A DNA stretch of 64,000 bases, from assembly GCA_016720545.1 (NCBI GenBank), contig JADKKK010000003.1, positions 281,516 to 345,515 on the forward strand, written 5' to 3'. The translations under genes and the position numbers were made by a program. This document shows positions 52,450 through 62,039 of the stretch, in pieces. Origin of the DNA: Myxococcales bacterium (lineage in GTDB: Bacteria; Myxococcota_A; Polyangia; Polyangiales; Polyangiaceae). The notes below the pieces were generated by a model, which did no database searches, had not been told where the DNA came from, and saw only the letters and a program-made list of their open reading frames with translations. Each line of letters opens with the position of its first letter. The first letter of the stretch is position 1.

Positions 52450-53077
52450 GTTCGATGCCAGCGCGAGCAGGCAGGAATCCTCGTGCGGCGTGGGGGCGCC
52501 GACTGTCCGGGACGGCTCATGGGGTGTCCTGGACGGCGCCCCATGCGCGGCCTCCCGGTCGAGGGAGGCGAGGTGATATCGTCAGCGCGTCAGAAGGGTC
52601 ACGGACGACACGCCAGCGTCGATCCCAAGCTCGCGCGCCAGAGCGACCAGGCACGCGACGACTCGCCCACGGTTGACGCGCACATAGCGTGTGCCGTTGG
52701 ACCTGGAGCGCGGAGCAGGGCGCCGTCCATTCGCTTGCCCACGAATGCCGCGCGACGGCGCCGGATAAGAGTTGGGGGGGTTCCACCCGGACGGTTTCCT
52801 ACGTCACGGTCTCTTGCAGGCGCTGACGCCGTGCAGCGCCGTGCAGGCCACCTGGCACGGCGGCGGGGGAGTGGCGCCCGGCGTCGCAATTCTGCCGTGG
52901 AGCACGACGTGAGCCCGCGTTGCCCCCCGCTCCGCTTGCTGGGCGCCCAGGAGACCCCGGCGCCCCGACACCCACAACCCACCGCCGCCCTGAACGCCCG
53001 CCCCTCCCCACCGCCCACCACCACCCCCTTTTCTTCCCCCCGTCCCTTGCTCGCCGGCCCCCTTGAAGTAGGGTGAC

Positions 53078-54733
53078 GTGGGCGAAATCGCTCGAAAGGC
53101 ACCCCATGAAGTCATCGTCTGGATCCTCGCGCGCGGGCTCTCGCTCTTTGCGTTCCCCGCGCTCCTCTCGCTCGGCGCTTGGCTCCCCGGCTGCTCGGCC
53201 ACGATCGACGAGGGCACGCCCACCGCGACCGACGAGGACGACCTCACGAGCCTCACGGCGCGCTCCCGCGAGCTGCGGTTCGAGGGGCTCGTCTACGTCG
53301 AGGTGGGCGCGAGCGACGCGACCATCCTGAAGGCGGCGCGCGCGCAGAGCCAGTCGGCGTTCGGCGCGCTCCTCGCCCTCGAGATCTCGGTCGAGAGCCG
53401 CGAGCTGAAGGACATCAGCCCGACCACCTTCAAGAAGCGCGAGGTCACGGTCTTCGACACCAACAACCCGGGCGACCGCGGCAAGGCCCAGCTCGAGGTG
53501 AAGTACCAGTACCGCGACAACGCGGTCGTCCCCACGGCGCTCTCGCGGCGCACGTCGCTGCCGCTCGCCGTCCTCGGCGGCGCGTTCGACACCGAGGCGA
53601 ACCGCGCCACCATCGTGGCCGCGTGCACCAAGAACGACAAGGAGGCGCGCGACGACGCCGCCTCGGGCCTGCTCTGGTACGACTTCAACCCGAGCAAGGC
53701 CTCGTGCAAGGCCGCGATCACCGACGAGCAAGAGAAGGTCGACGCCGACCGCGCGAAGCTCGCCGACGCGCGCACGCAGGTGCCGCGATCGCAGCTCGAC
53801 AGGCTCTATGTGCCGGCCACCATGAGCCTCGGCGCCGCGAAGACGACACGCGGCTCCACCTACCCCGAGTACGACAAGCTCTTCTCCCAGGGCGTCACGC
53901 CGGGCAAGCTCACGATCGGCGCGCTCACCGGTCGCCTCGCCCACGACCACGTCGAGGCCACCAAAGACGACGGCTACTATGAGTGGATGGACATGCTCGG
54001 CGTGGTGTTCGAGGCCCACCCGGGCTTCACCCTCACCAAGATCGATCCCCCGGAGGACATCACCACGGTGACCGTGGGCAACAAGCGCCTCGAGGGGCTC
54101 AAGTTCGCCGACGTCATCCAGTGGACGGTCTACGACATTGGCTACCCGAGCGGCCTCACCGCGGCCGAGAAGACCGAGCTGCGCGTCAAGATGGCCCAGA
54201 AGCTCGACAACCACTGGCTCACCTTCGACATGCCCACGAAGGTGTCGATCAACGGCGGCGCCGCGAAGGAATTCGGCATCGTCCTGAACACGAGCTTCGG
54301 CGCCGAGGAGGGGGCGACTCCCTACAAGCGCGCCATCAAGACCAGCGACGTGTTCGTGTTCAACGGCCACTCGTACATTGGCCGCGGCCCGCTCGACCCC
54401 GCGAACTTCCGCGCCAGCGACTTCCCCTCCACCTACCAGCTGCTCTTCATCGACAGCTGTGTATCCTACAACTATTACAACGAGGGGTATTTTCTCGTGA
54501 AGCCCGGCGGCACGAAGGTGCTCGACACGATCACGAACGGCATCGAGGCCCCCGAATACCAGAGCGGCATGGCCGAGGGGCAGCTCATCGCGAAGCTCAT
54601 CGACGGCTCGATGCCGAGCTACCAGACCCTGCTGCGCGAGGCGAAGGCGACCGACCCCATGCGCGTCGTCGACGGCGAGGTCGACAACACGTACAGCCCC
54701 ACCCGCACCCCGATCAAGCTGGTGCGCCCGTGA
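53078..54733 (+). CDS. Hypothetical secreted lipoprotein (551 aa)
   Basis: GTG start. Signal peptide plus lipobox (AWLPGCSA). No recognisable catalytic motifs. The stop overlaps the downstream GTG (GTGA). Confidence 0.5.
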   Translation: MGEIARKAPHEVIVWILARGLSLFAFPALLSLGAWLPGCSATIDEGTPTATDEDDLTSLTARSRELRFEGLVYVEVGASDATILKAARAQSQSAFGALLALEISVESRELKDISPTTFKKREVTVFDTNNPGDRGKAQLEVKYQYRDNAVVPTALSRRTSLPLAVLGGAFDTEANRATIVAACTKNDKEARDDAASGLLWYDFNPSKASCKAAITDEQEKVDADRAKLADARTQVPRSQLDRLYVPATMSLGAAKTTRGSTYPEYDKLFSQGVTPGKLTIGALTGRLAHDHVEATKDDGYYEWMDMLGVVFEAHPGFTLTKIDPPEDITTVTVGNKRLEGLKFADVIQWTVYDIGYPSGLTAAEKTELRVKMAQKLDNHWLTFDMPTKVSINGGAAKEFGIVLNTSFGAEEGATPYKRAIKTSDVFVFNGHSYIGRGPLDPANFRASDFPSTYQLLFIDSCVSYNYYNEGYFLVKPGGTKVLDTITNGIEAPEYQSGMAEGQLIAKLIDGSMPSYQTLLREAKATDPMRVVDGEVDNTYSPTRTPIKLVRP

Positions 54734-55116
54734 GCGGCGATGAGAAGGAGACCCCGGCGATCGCGCCGGCGCAGGCCGAGGCCGACGAGGACCGCGCGGC
54801 CATCTTGGCGCGCAGGAGCCGCTTCGTGACCGCGGCGCTCGCGGGCCTGGCGGGCGCGTCGCTCGTGGCGGCGTGCAGCACCGACTCGATGACCGGCGAC
54901 GCCGGCTCGCCGGGGGACGCGTCGTCGGAGACGTCGCCTCAGCCGTGCCTCAGCGTCGCCATCGACGCGACCCCGCAGCCGTGCCTCACCCCGCTGCCCC
55001 CGGACGCCTCGCCCGACGCGAGACCGGACGCGAGGCCCGACGCGAGCCCCGACGCGACCCCGCAGCCGTGCCTCGCCCCGCTCCCGCCCGACGCGGGCGA
55101 CGCGAGCGACCAGTAG
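54730..55116 (+). CDS. Small single-TM protein with three PQPCL repeats, translationally coupled to the upstream lipoprotein
   Basis: VSGDEKETPAIAPAQAEA...RFVTAALAGLAGASLVAAC...SPQPCLSVAIDATPQPCLTPLPPDASPDARPDARPDASPDATPQPCLAPLPPDAGDASDQ. Confidence 0.45.
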   Translation: MSGDEKETPAIAPAQAEADEDRAAILARRSRFVTAALAGLAGASLVAACSTDSMTGDAGSPGDASSETSPQPCLSVAIDATPQPCLTPLPPDASPDARPDARPDASPDATPQPCLAPLPPDAGDASDQ

Positions 55117-55371
55117 CGACGCGCGCCGTCCGTCGAGCGGCGCGGGCTTCGGCGCTCCCGCGGTGGTCGGGCTCGGGCGGCAGGCGCACGAACAGCCTCT
55201 CAGCACCGCGTCGACACACGGGCCTGCGTGTAGAACGGATCGATCTCCCCGACCCACTCGGGAGGAGGCAAGGGACCACCGCCCGAGGCCGTCGAGCGAG
55301 GTCGCCCCCCCCGCTCGATCAGGCAGAGTTGCAGCTCCTCTTCGAGCCCTCAGGACGGCGAGCCCGCGCGC

Positions 55372-56301
55372 TCACGCTCCTGCAAGGTAAAACGCGTAGA
55401 GCAGGCCCTTCGCGAGCTCGCGCGCCTTGCGCTCGCAGAGGTGCCCGGCGCCGTCGCCGTCGATCCCCTGCCCCTTGCTCGCGCACCCCGGGGTCGATCG
55501 GTTCGCCTGGCAGATGCGCCACACGCCGCCCTGTTCGCAGCGCTTGCCGGCGTCGAGGCTCTCGACGTCTTGGAGATCGAAGATCACGTCGTCTTTGAAG
55601 GTGGCGAGCATGTAGGCGCGGAGCCGCTGCTTGGGCGGGTTCTCGGCGACGCTGTAGACGAGCGGCGGGGTGATGTGGACGAAGCGCGCCCCCTGCGCCT
55701 TCACGTCGCGGACGAGGCGCGCGTATTCGGTCTGCACCTTGGGGAGGTCCTCGTCGCGCACGTCGGCGTAGCCAAAGCTGAACGCGACGATCTTCGCGGC
55801 GCCGCCGGTGACCTTCAGCGAGCGCCGCACGACGTCGAATTTCTTGAAGGGCTCGCCGTTCGGCACGTTGCCGACGTCGGTGAAGATGCCGCCGTTCGGG
55901 CCATTCACCAGCGAGCGACTCTCGGGCCCGAAGTACTCGAACTTGAAGCCGTTGGCCTCGCACCCGTCCTCGAGGTCCTGACCGACCGATTGGTGCAAAT
56001 AGAGAATGGGCGCGCGCTTCACGCGGTCGCGCTCGGCGGCGGAGAGCGCCCCCCACGACGCGAGACCCGGGAGCCCCACGACCGCGCCGCCCGTCGCGCT
56101 CGCGTTCGCGCGGGCTGCGGGCGCGGGCGCAGTCGGGGTCGCGGCGAGCGGCGTTCCCGGAGCGATGGGGGACGCGGGTGGCGGCGACGCAGGCGCGGGC
56201 GGCTCGACCTGAGAGGCGGTGGACGTGCGGCCGCACGCGCCGAGGGAGAGCGGGAGCGCGAGCGCCGCGAGCGCGGCGCAGCGGGACAGGGTCGACCTCA
56301 T
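55372..56301 (-). CDS. Hypothetical secreted lipoprotein
   Basis: LALPLSLGACG lipobox. Pro/Ala-rich linker. Globular C-terminal domain with 5 Cys. Confidence 0.5.
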   Translation of the reverse strand: MRSTLSRCAALAALALPLSLGACGRTSTASQVEPPAPASPPPASPIAPGTPLAATPTAPAPAARANASATGGAVVGLPGLASWGALSAAERDRVKRAPILYLHQSVGQDLEDGCEANGFKFEYFGPESRSLVNGPNGGIFTDVGNVPNGEPFKKFDVVRRSLKVTGGAAKIVAFSFGYADVRDEDLPKVQTEYARLVRDVKAQGARFVHITPPLVYSVAENPPKQRLRAYMLATFKDDVIFDLQDVESLDAGKRCEQGGVWRICQANRSTPGCASKGQGIDGDGAGHLCERKARELAKGLLYAFYLAGA

Positions 56302-56376
56302 TCACCCCACACTAGCAGTGGACCGGCGATCGCGGGGTACCCGGCCCTCCCGGCGCACCTCCGGCACACCTCCGCC

Positions 56377-57727
56377 TCAGAACCACGCGGTGAGCCCGAG
56401 CGTCACGGTGTCTTGCGAGCGCGCGTTGGCCTCGAACGGGGTCCCGTCGCCGTCGCCGGTGACCGCGCCCCGGTAGAAGATGTCCCCCGCCGCGGCGTCG
56501 TGCCGGTACTCGAGCTTCGCGGAGACATGCGGCACCGGACGGACGTCGACGGTCGCGGTGCTGGAGCTCATCCACGACGCGGGGATGGCGATGGGGTCGG
56601 CGACGTCGAGCCCTTGCTTTGCGCGCTTCTCTCCGAACATGGCCTGCCGCCCGGCGAGGTAGAGCCAGCTCGTCGCCTTCACGCGGGCCGCGAGGATGCC
56701 CGCGAGCCACGCGGAGGTGCCGAATCGATTGGGCTCTACGCCCCCGTCGACGTCGGCGAGGAGCTCGAGGAACGGCGTGGCCTTCACCTTCAGCGAGGCG
56801 TCGAGGAGGTGCCGCCACGCGCGCCCCTCGAGCGCGCCCGTGGGGCGCTCGACGCCGGTAAAATACTGCGTGGCGAACGCCACGGTTTCGGAGGGTGTGT
56901 AGTTGTACTCGAGCGCGATCGACTTCTCGGCGTTGTTGTCGAGCGCGTTGTTCCAGCCGTTGTACACGCCGGCCCGCACGGTGTGCTGCTTCGAGCTCGT
57001 ATCCCGCGCGAACCCCGGAGTGATAAAAAGGGAGCGCGTAGAAAAGGTGCGAGTGCGACCAGGTCCAGTTCTCGTGAGTGGGCATCGACTCGGGCCCGAT
57101 GGGCGAGGTAAAGAGCCCCGCCTCGAGCCGCAGGGCCTTGGTGGGGCCCCAGCCGAGATAGGCCTTCTGAATGTGCTTGAAGACCTCCACTCCACCCGGG
57201 CTGGTGCCCGAGGAGCCACGCAGAGCGGGCTCGCTGGCTCCGTAGTAGGTCTCGCCCACCTGGCCAAACTGGATGGCCCCAGAGGCGTACACGGCGTCGT
57301 ACTCCCACCCGAGGTCGGCGACGAGGTTCTGGAGCGTGATGGCGTTGTGGCGGTTGTCGAACGCGCGGAAGTTCGTGAGGCCGTTCGAGGGGTCGTTGAA
57401 GTTGTAGGAGTAATACGCCTCGACGTACCCGCCGAGGGTGAACTTGGACTCGGGCGCGGAGGCGGCGGGCGGCGCGGGGCGGCTCGTCGGCGCGGGCGAG
57501 GCCGTGGGAGGCGCGACAGGCGGCGCGCTCGTCGGAGGCGGCGCGCTCGTCGGAGGCGGCGTGCTCGTCGGAGGCGGCGTGCCGGGCGACGGGTTGGCCG
57601 CGGACGCCGCGGCGTCGGCAGCGGCCCCAGGATCGAGCGGTGGCTGGGCAGCGGCGGGGCGAGCCTGAGCCAGGGCGGCAAGGCACCCAAGGAAGGCGAT
57701 CGGGGCGGCGCGCTTGCGGTAGCTCAC
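56377..57727 (-). CDS. Outer-membrane beta-barrel porin (OprO/OprP-like / BBP2-type), apparent +1 frameshift near 57030
   Basis: GTG start. Signal peptide APIAFLGCLAALAQARPAAAQ. Pro/Thr-rich linker. Barrel ...SKFTLGGYVEAYYSYNFNDPSNG...HSHLFYALPFYHSG (ORF 56312..58177 frame), then FARDTSSKQHTVRAGVYNGWNN...TVTLGLTAWF (ORF 56377..57690 frame). One extra G in tccGGGGttc. Confidence 0.6.
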
Positions 57728-57860
57728 GCGACCACCGTAGCTCGGCCGAGGGTCTCCTCGCCTGCCCTTCGGCGAGTCCACCTGCGAGACCGACGCGCCG
57801 CCACATCCCGCTGCCTCGGAGCGCTTGACAAGGCCCCGAGAATCGACCAATTTCGCCGGC

Positions 57861-57945
57861 GGAGAGCTGACCGAGTGGCCGAAGGTGCCTGATTCGAAAT
57901 CAGGTGTAGGGAAACCTACCAAGGGTTCGAATCCCTTGCTCTCCG
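57861..57945 (+). tRNA. tRNA-Ser (anticodon CGA)
   Basis: Cloverleaf. Acceptor GGAGAGC/GCTCTCC plus discriminator G. D-arm ACC-GAGTGGCCGAA-GGT. Anticodon stem CCTGA/TCAGG with loop TTCGAAA. Long variable arm TGTAGGGAAACCTACC. T-arm AAGGG-TTCGAAT-CCCTT. Confidence 0.9.
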
Positions 57946-58009
57946 CAAGTTGCCACGACCCGAGGGGGGTTGGTCGAGCTCGTTGAGGCTCGACCGCCGT
58001 GCCAGTTCC

Positions 58010-58432
58010 ATGACGATTCGCCTGATCGACACGGCGCTCCTCGACGAGCTGACGGAAGAGGCGAAGGCCTCCCCGCGCGGGCGCAAGAACCGCAACTTCC
58101 ACCCCGCCGATCCCTTCCCGGCGCACCGCCTGCTGAACGCGATCGAGCCCTCGAGCTACGTCGCGCCGCACCGGCACCTGTCACCCATGAAGGGCGAGAC
58201 GCTCGTCGTCGTGCGCGGCGCGCTCGGCTTCGTCGCGCTCGACGACGAGGGCGCCGTGGTGAGCGCGGTGCGCCTCTCGGCGGCCGGCGAGGCCGTGGGC
58301 TGCGACGTGCCGCACGGCCTGTTCCACACGGTCGTGGCGCTCGAGCCCGGCACGGTGTTCTTCGAGGCGAAGGCCGGCCCCTACACCCCGCTCGGGGACG
58401 CAGAGCGCGCCGTGGGCGCCCGCCGAGGGTGA
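58010..58432 (+). CDS. WbuC-family cupin-fold protein
   Basis: MTIRLIDTALLDELTEEAKASPRGRKNRNFHPADPFPAHRLLNAIEPSSYVAPHRH, the WbuC-like N-terminus. Confidence 0.55.
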   Translation: MTIRLIDTALLDELTEEAKASPRGRKNRNFHPADPFPAHRLLNAIEPSSYVAPHRHLSPMKGETLVVVRGALGFVALDDEGAVVSAVRLSAAGEAVGCDVPHGLFHTVVALEPGTVFFEAKAGPYTPLGDAERAVGARRG

Positions 58433-58565
58433 GCCGGGCGTGCCGGCCTACCTCGCCAGGCTCCGCGCTGTTCCCGTAGCCGCGGGGGCTCCCGCGCAGG
58501 CCGCGGCGGGCCGCGCCTCGCGAAGAGCTTGCGGCGCAGGGCAGAGGTCGCGTAGCACGCTCGCG

Positions 58566-59156
58566 ATGCCCCGCTCCACCCGCTCCACCCGCTCCACCCG
58601 CTCGCCTCGCTCCGCGTCACTGGTCCTCGCGCTGACGCTCGCTGCGTCGACGCTCACGGCGTGTGGGGCGCCGCCCACCCCGGGCTCCGCCGTGATCTCG
58701 CCTACCGCCCCGCCGCCCGCCGAGCCGCCGCCTCCGCCTCCGCTCCCGCCCGCGGAGGCCGCAAAGTGCCCGAACGTGGAGCTCGGCGCGCTCCCCGGCG
58801 AGCCGGTCGTGGGCGAGTGGGTCACCACGCCGAGCTGCCTGCGGTACACCGTGCTGCGGCCCGGCGCCGGCGCGCAGCCGCGGACGCGGCTCTCGACGGT
58901 GCGTGCACACTACACAGGATGGCTGACCGACGGCACGCAGTTCGACAGCTCGCGCTCGCGCGGCAAGCCGTTCGATTTCCGCCTGAGCCAGGTCATCCCC
59001 GGGTGGACCGAGGCGATGCTCGGGATGCGCGCGGGCGAGAAGCGGAAGCTCGTCATCCCCTACAAGCTCGCGTACGGGCGAGAGGGCAACGGCAACATCC
59101 CGCCCAAGGCGACCCTCGTGTTCGACGTCGAGCTCATCGACGTGCTCGTGGAGTAA
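58566..59156 (+). CDS. FKBP-type peptidyl-prolyl cis-trans isomerase, lipoprotein
   Basis: Lipobox TLTACGA. FKBP domain YTVLRPGAGAQPRTRLSTVRAHYTGWLTDGTQFDSSRSRGKPFDFRLSQVIPGWTEAMLGMRAGEKRKLVIPYKLAYGREGNGNIPPKATLVFDVELIDV. A 9-bp x3 tandem repeat encodes STRSTRSTR. Confidence 0.85.
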   Translation: MPRSTRSTRSTRSPRSASLVLALTLAASTLTACGAPPTPGSAVISPTAPPPAEPPPPPPLPPAEAAKCPNVELGALPGEPVVGEWVTTPSCLRYTVLRPGAGAQPRTRLSTVRAHYTGWLTDGTQFDSSRSRGKPFDFRLSQVIPGWTEAMLGMRAGEKRKLVIPYKLAYGREGNGNIPPKATLVFDVELIDVLVE

Positions 59157-59173
59157 GCAAGGAGCCGGGGACT

Positions 59174-59690
59174 GTGAGCGAAACGAAGTTCCGGATGGGC
59201 CGGCTCGATCACGTGCACGTTCGCGTGCCCAACCGAGCCGAGGCGGCGCGGTGGTACGCCGAGCACCTTGGGTTCGAGCCCGTGGAGAGGTTCGACTTCT
59301 GGGCAAAGGCCTTCGAGGGCGGTCCCCTGCAGCTCTCGGCCGACGGCGGGCACACGATGCTCGCGCTGTTCGAGGCGAGCGAGGGACACCCGATGATCCC
59401 GCAGAAGACCGGCGTCGCGTTCAGCCTGGACGCGGCCGCGTTCATCGCCTTCGCGCGCTCGCTCCCGGGCGCCATCCAGAGCCCCTCGGGCGAGCCGCTC
59501 CGCGTGGGCGACATCGTCGACTTCGACCTGTGCTGGGCCTACAACCTCGCCGATCCCTGGGGCAATCAGTACGAGCTCAACTGCTACGACTACGCGCGCG
59601 TCCAGGCCGAGCTCATCGAGGCGGACGGCGTCGAGCCGGTGCGCTACTGGCCGCGTGCGCTGTTCACGAACGCCCGCGCGTCCTGTGATC
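59174..59690 (+). CDS. VOC-family (glyoxalase/bleomycin-resistance fold) protein; 3' end uncertain
   Basis: LDHVHVRVPNRAEAARWYAEHLGFEPV...WAYNLADPWGNQYELNCYD. There is no in-frame stop before the downstream redoxin, so a stop may be masked by an indel. Confidence 0.6.
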
Positions 59691-59725
59691 GGCGAGGGCT
59701 GGCCGGAGCGGCGACGTCGGCTACG

Positions 59726-60330
59726 ATGACGCAGGTGACGGACCCCGCGAGCCAGAACCCGATGCCCCCTGCGAGCCAGAACAGGGCGAACGAACGCCGC
59801 GATCCGTACCGTGCGGGCGCCCTGCCGACGATCCGCATCGCGCCCGATCGCAGGCCCCTCTTCTACTCGCTGACGCTCGCGCTCGGTGTCGCCCTCGGGG
59901 TCGCCGGCCTCCGCGTCGTCGAACACCTGCGCACGCCGGCGAAGGGGGTCTCGGTGACACCCGCCGGGGTCGGGCTCGAGGGGCGCCGCGTGGTGCTGCC
60001 CGAGGTCTCCGCCACACAAGGCGGGCGCGCCCCCGCGCCCCCGGGCGGGCCGCTCGTGGTGCACGGGTGGCGCCAGGGGTGCGCCGACTGCATGCCCGCG
60101 TTCGAGGGCGATGCGCGCGATCGACCAGCAGGGCGGGCTCGGCGTGCCGCAGGTGAACGTCGCGTATGGCTCGGCCGATCCGGCTGGCTGCGCGGTACGG
60201 TGTGCACGAGCGCCTCGTGCTCGACTCCGGGCACGCGCTCGTGAGCCCGCTCGGCATCAGCAGCTTCGACCCTCGTCCTCGACGAGCACCACGTCGTGCG
60301 CTTCGTCGATCGACCCACCGCCCTGGCTAC
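59726..60330 (+). pseudogene. TlpA/ResA-like thioredoxin-fold redoxin with N-terminal TM anchor, about three frame switches
   Basis: TM helix LFYSLTLALGVALGVAGL. ...PLVVHGWRQGCADCMPAFEAMRAIDQQGGLGVPQVNVAYGSADPA... (CxxC). ...LAARYGVHERLVLDSGHALVSPLGISSF and PTLVLDEHHVVRFV lie in different frames. Confidence 0.45.
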
Positions 60331-60576
60331 CTCCACCACGTGCAGGGCGCCTTCCGCGCGCTCACCAGCGCTCCGCCGTCGAAGGACTCGCCGGTGGAGC
60401 TCGAGGACCAGGGCCCGGCTGGGGCCGAAGGTGGGCCAGGTCGCCCGTGGTGCCCTAGCAGCAGCTCTGAGCGAAGCGTGGGCGCTGCGGCGACGGCGAC
60501 GGCGAGCATCAAGACAGAAACGTCTTATCTATCAAGGTCGCGAGGTCTCGCCGTGGTGCTCCGGCTCACTTCTTCG

Positions 60577-61140
60577 CCTTGACCGACAGCTTCACCACGA
60601 CGTCGTCGCGGATGAGGTCGTCCTTCTTCCCGGGATAGGTGAGCTCGAAGTCTCTTCGATTGAGGAGAACTCGGCCTCCACCGGGCGCCCTCTCCCTCGA
60701 TCTTGATGGTCGCGGGGAACGTCACGGCCTTGGTCGCCGTGGAGCGCGAGGTTGCCAGTCACCGTGTGCGTAGCCCCCTTGTCGCCGCCCGCCTTCACCG
60801 CGGTCGAGTCGAAGGTGATGTTGGCGAACTTGCCGACGTCGAAGAACTCGGGCGACTTCAGGTGACCGGTCAGCTTCTCGGCGTCGCTCGTGATCGAGGC
60901 GGCGTCGATGTCGACGTGAACGGAGCTCTTCTCCGGCGCGCCATCGACGAGCCGTACCGTGCCCTTGAGGTCGCTGAACCCGCCCTCGTGCTTGCCAGTC
61001 ACCTTCGAGCCGACCCACGCGATCTTCGAGCCCGTCGCCGAGGAGAACTTGAGCTCGGTGGCACCCGACGAAGGCGCGGCGACCGTCCACCGCGGTCAGC
61101 GTCGCCAGCACCGCCAGCGAGGGCTGCGCAGCGCGACCGC
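60577..61140 (-). pseudogene. YceI-family periplasmic protein (copy 2), about four frame switches
   Basis: Signal-like ...SLAVLATLTAVDG. ...KVTGKHEGGFSDLKGTVRLVDGAPEKSSVHVDIDAASITSDAEKLTGHLKSPEFFDVGKFANITFDSTAV...TGNLALHG. TKAVTFPATIKIEGEGA. ...NRRDFELTYPGKKDDLIRDDVVVKLSVKAKK in successive frames. Confidence 0.55.
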
Positions 61141-61142
61141 GC

Positions 61143-61706
61143 TCATTTCTGCCTCACGAGGGAGACGTCCAGGCGAGCGTGACCTCGTCGCCGACGAGCA
61201 CGCCGCCGGCCTCGAGGGCCGAGTTCCACGTCATGCCGAACTCCGGACGCGATCTTGGTCTTCGCCTCCGCGCCGATTCGGGTGTTGCCCCACGGGTCGA
61301 CGTGCTCGGGTGTGGGTCGTCCACCCTCCAGGACGACCTCGCGCGTGGTCCCGCGGAGGGGTGGATCGCCCACGAGCTCGAGCTTCGCGCCGGCCCGGCG
61401 CACGGCCTTCGACGTGAAGGTGATCGCGGGGTGGCGGTCCACGTCGAAGAAGTCGGCGCTGCGCAGGTGCGCGTCGCGCTTCTCGTCCCGCGTGTCGATC
61501 GACGCGACGTCGATCGACGCCTCCACCGAGGCCCCCTCGAGGTTCGCCGGATCGAACGTGGCGCGGCCGGAGAGCTTCTGAAAGCCCCCCGAACGTTCGT
61601 GATCATCATGTCGCACGGAGAAGGTGGCGCTCGAGTGGGAGGGGTCGAGCGTCCAGGTGGGCGTGTTCGTCGTCATTGCGTGGTTCCTTCCGGTGTTTCG
61701 GACCAC
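61143..61706 (-). pseudogene. YceI-family protein (copy 1), two apparent frameshifts near the 3' end
   Basis: TWTLDPSHSSATFSVRH...FQKLSGRATFDPANLEGASVEASIDVASIDTRDEKRDAHLRSADFFDVDRHPAITFTSKAV...LELVGDPPLRGTTREVVLE. C-terminal ...EFGMTWNSALEAGGVLVGDEVTLA / LDVSLVRQK split across frames (missing C in gcCCtgg). Confidence 0.6.
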
Positions 61707-61899
61707 GCCACTATGGGCCTCTCGGTGCCTCGCGTTTAGACAGCGCCAGCTGAACGAATCGTTCCGTTTCTACGCACAATGCGAGAGCACTTGTGCGATG
61801 CTGAGCACAACTCCGGACTGCGCAAATCCGCCCTTCCGGGGGTTCGCCCGAGCGCGGCGGCACTCGGGATGAAGACCGCGTTGGAGCTTCGGACGACGT

Positions 61900-61989
61900 T
61901 GGCCGCGGGAGCGGACAAGCCGGAGGGGTGAATCGGCCAGCTTTGTGGCCGAGAGGCACCGGGCTTGATCGAAGATCATACTCGGTGAT
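61900..61989. repeat. Copy B of the ~90-nt conserved element (segments X then Y contiguous)
   Basis: X 61900-61956 and Y 61957-61989. Matches 16637-16693 and 16564-16596 with one mismatch each. Confidence 0.8.
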
Positions 61990-62039
61990 TTAGCTCGCCT
62001 CGCGGGCGGGCTCGCCGAGGCGACGCGCGGACGCCTTGG

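Noticed and set aside
52880-53075. C-rich tract (ccccaccgcccaccaccacccccttttcttccccccgtccc) upstream of the 53078 lipoprotein gene
   Set aside because: Probably just a promoter/5'UTR polypyrimidine stretch. No evidence for a specific element.
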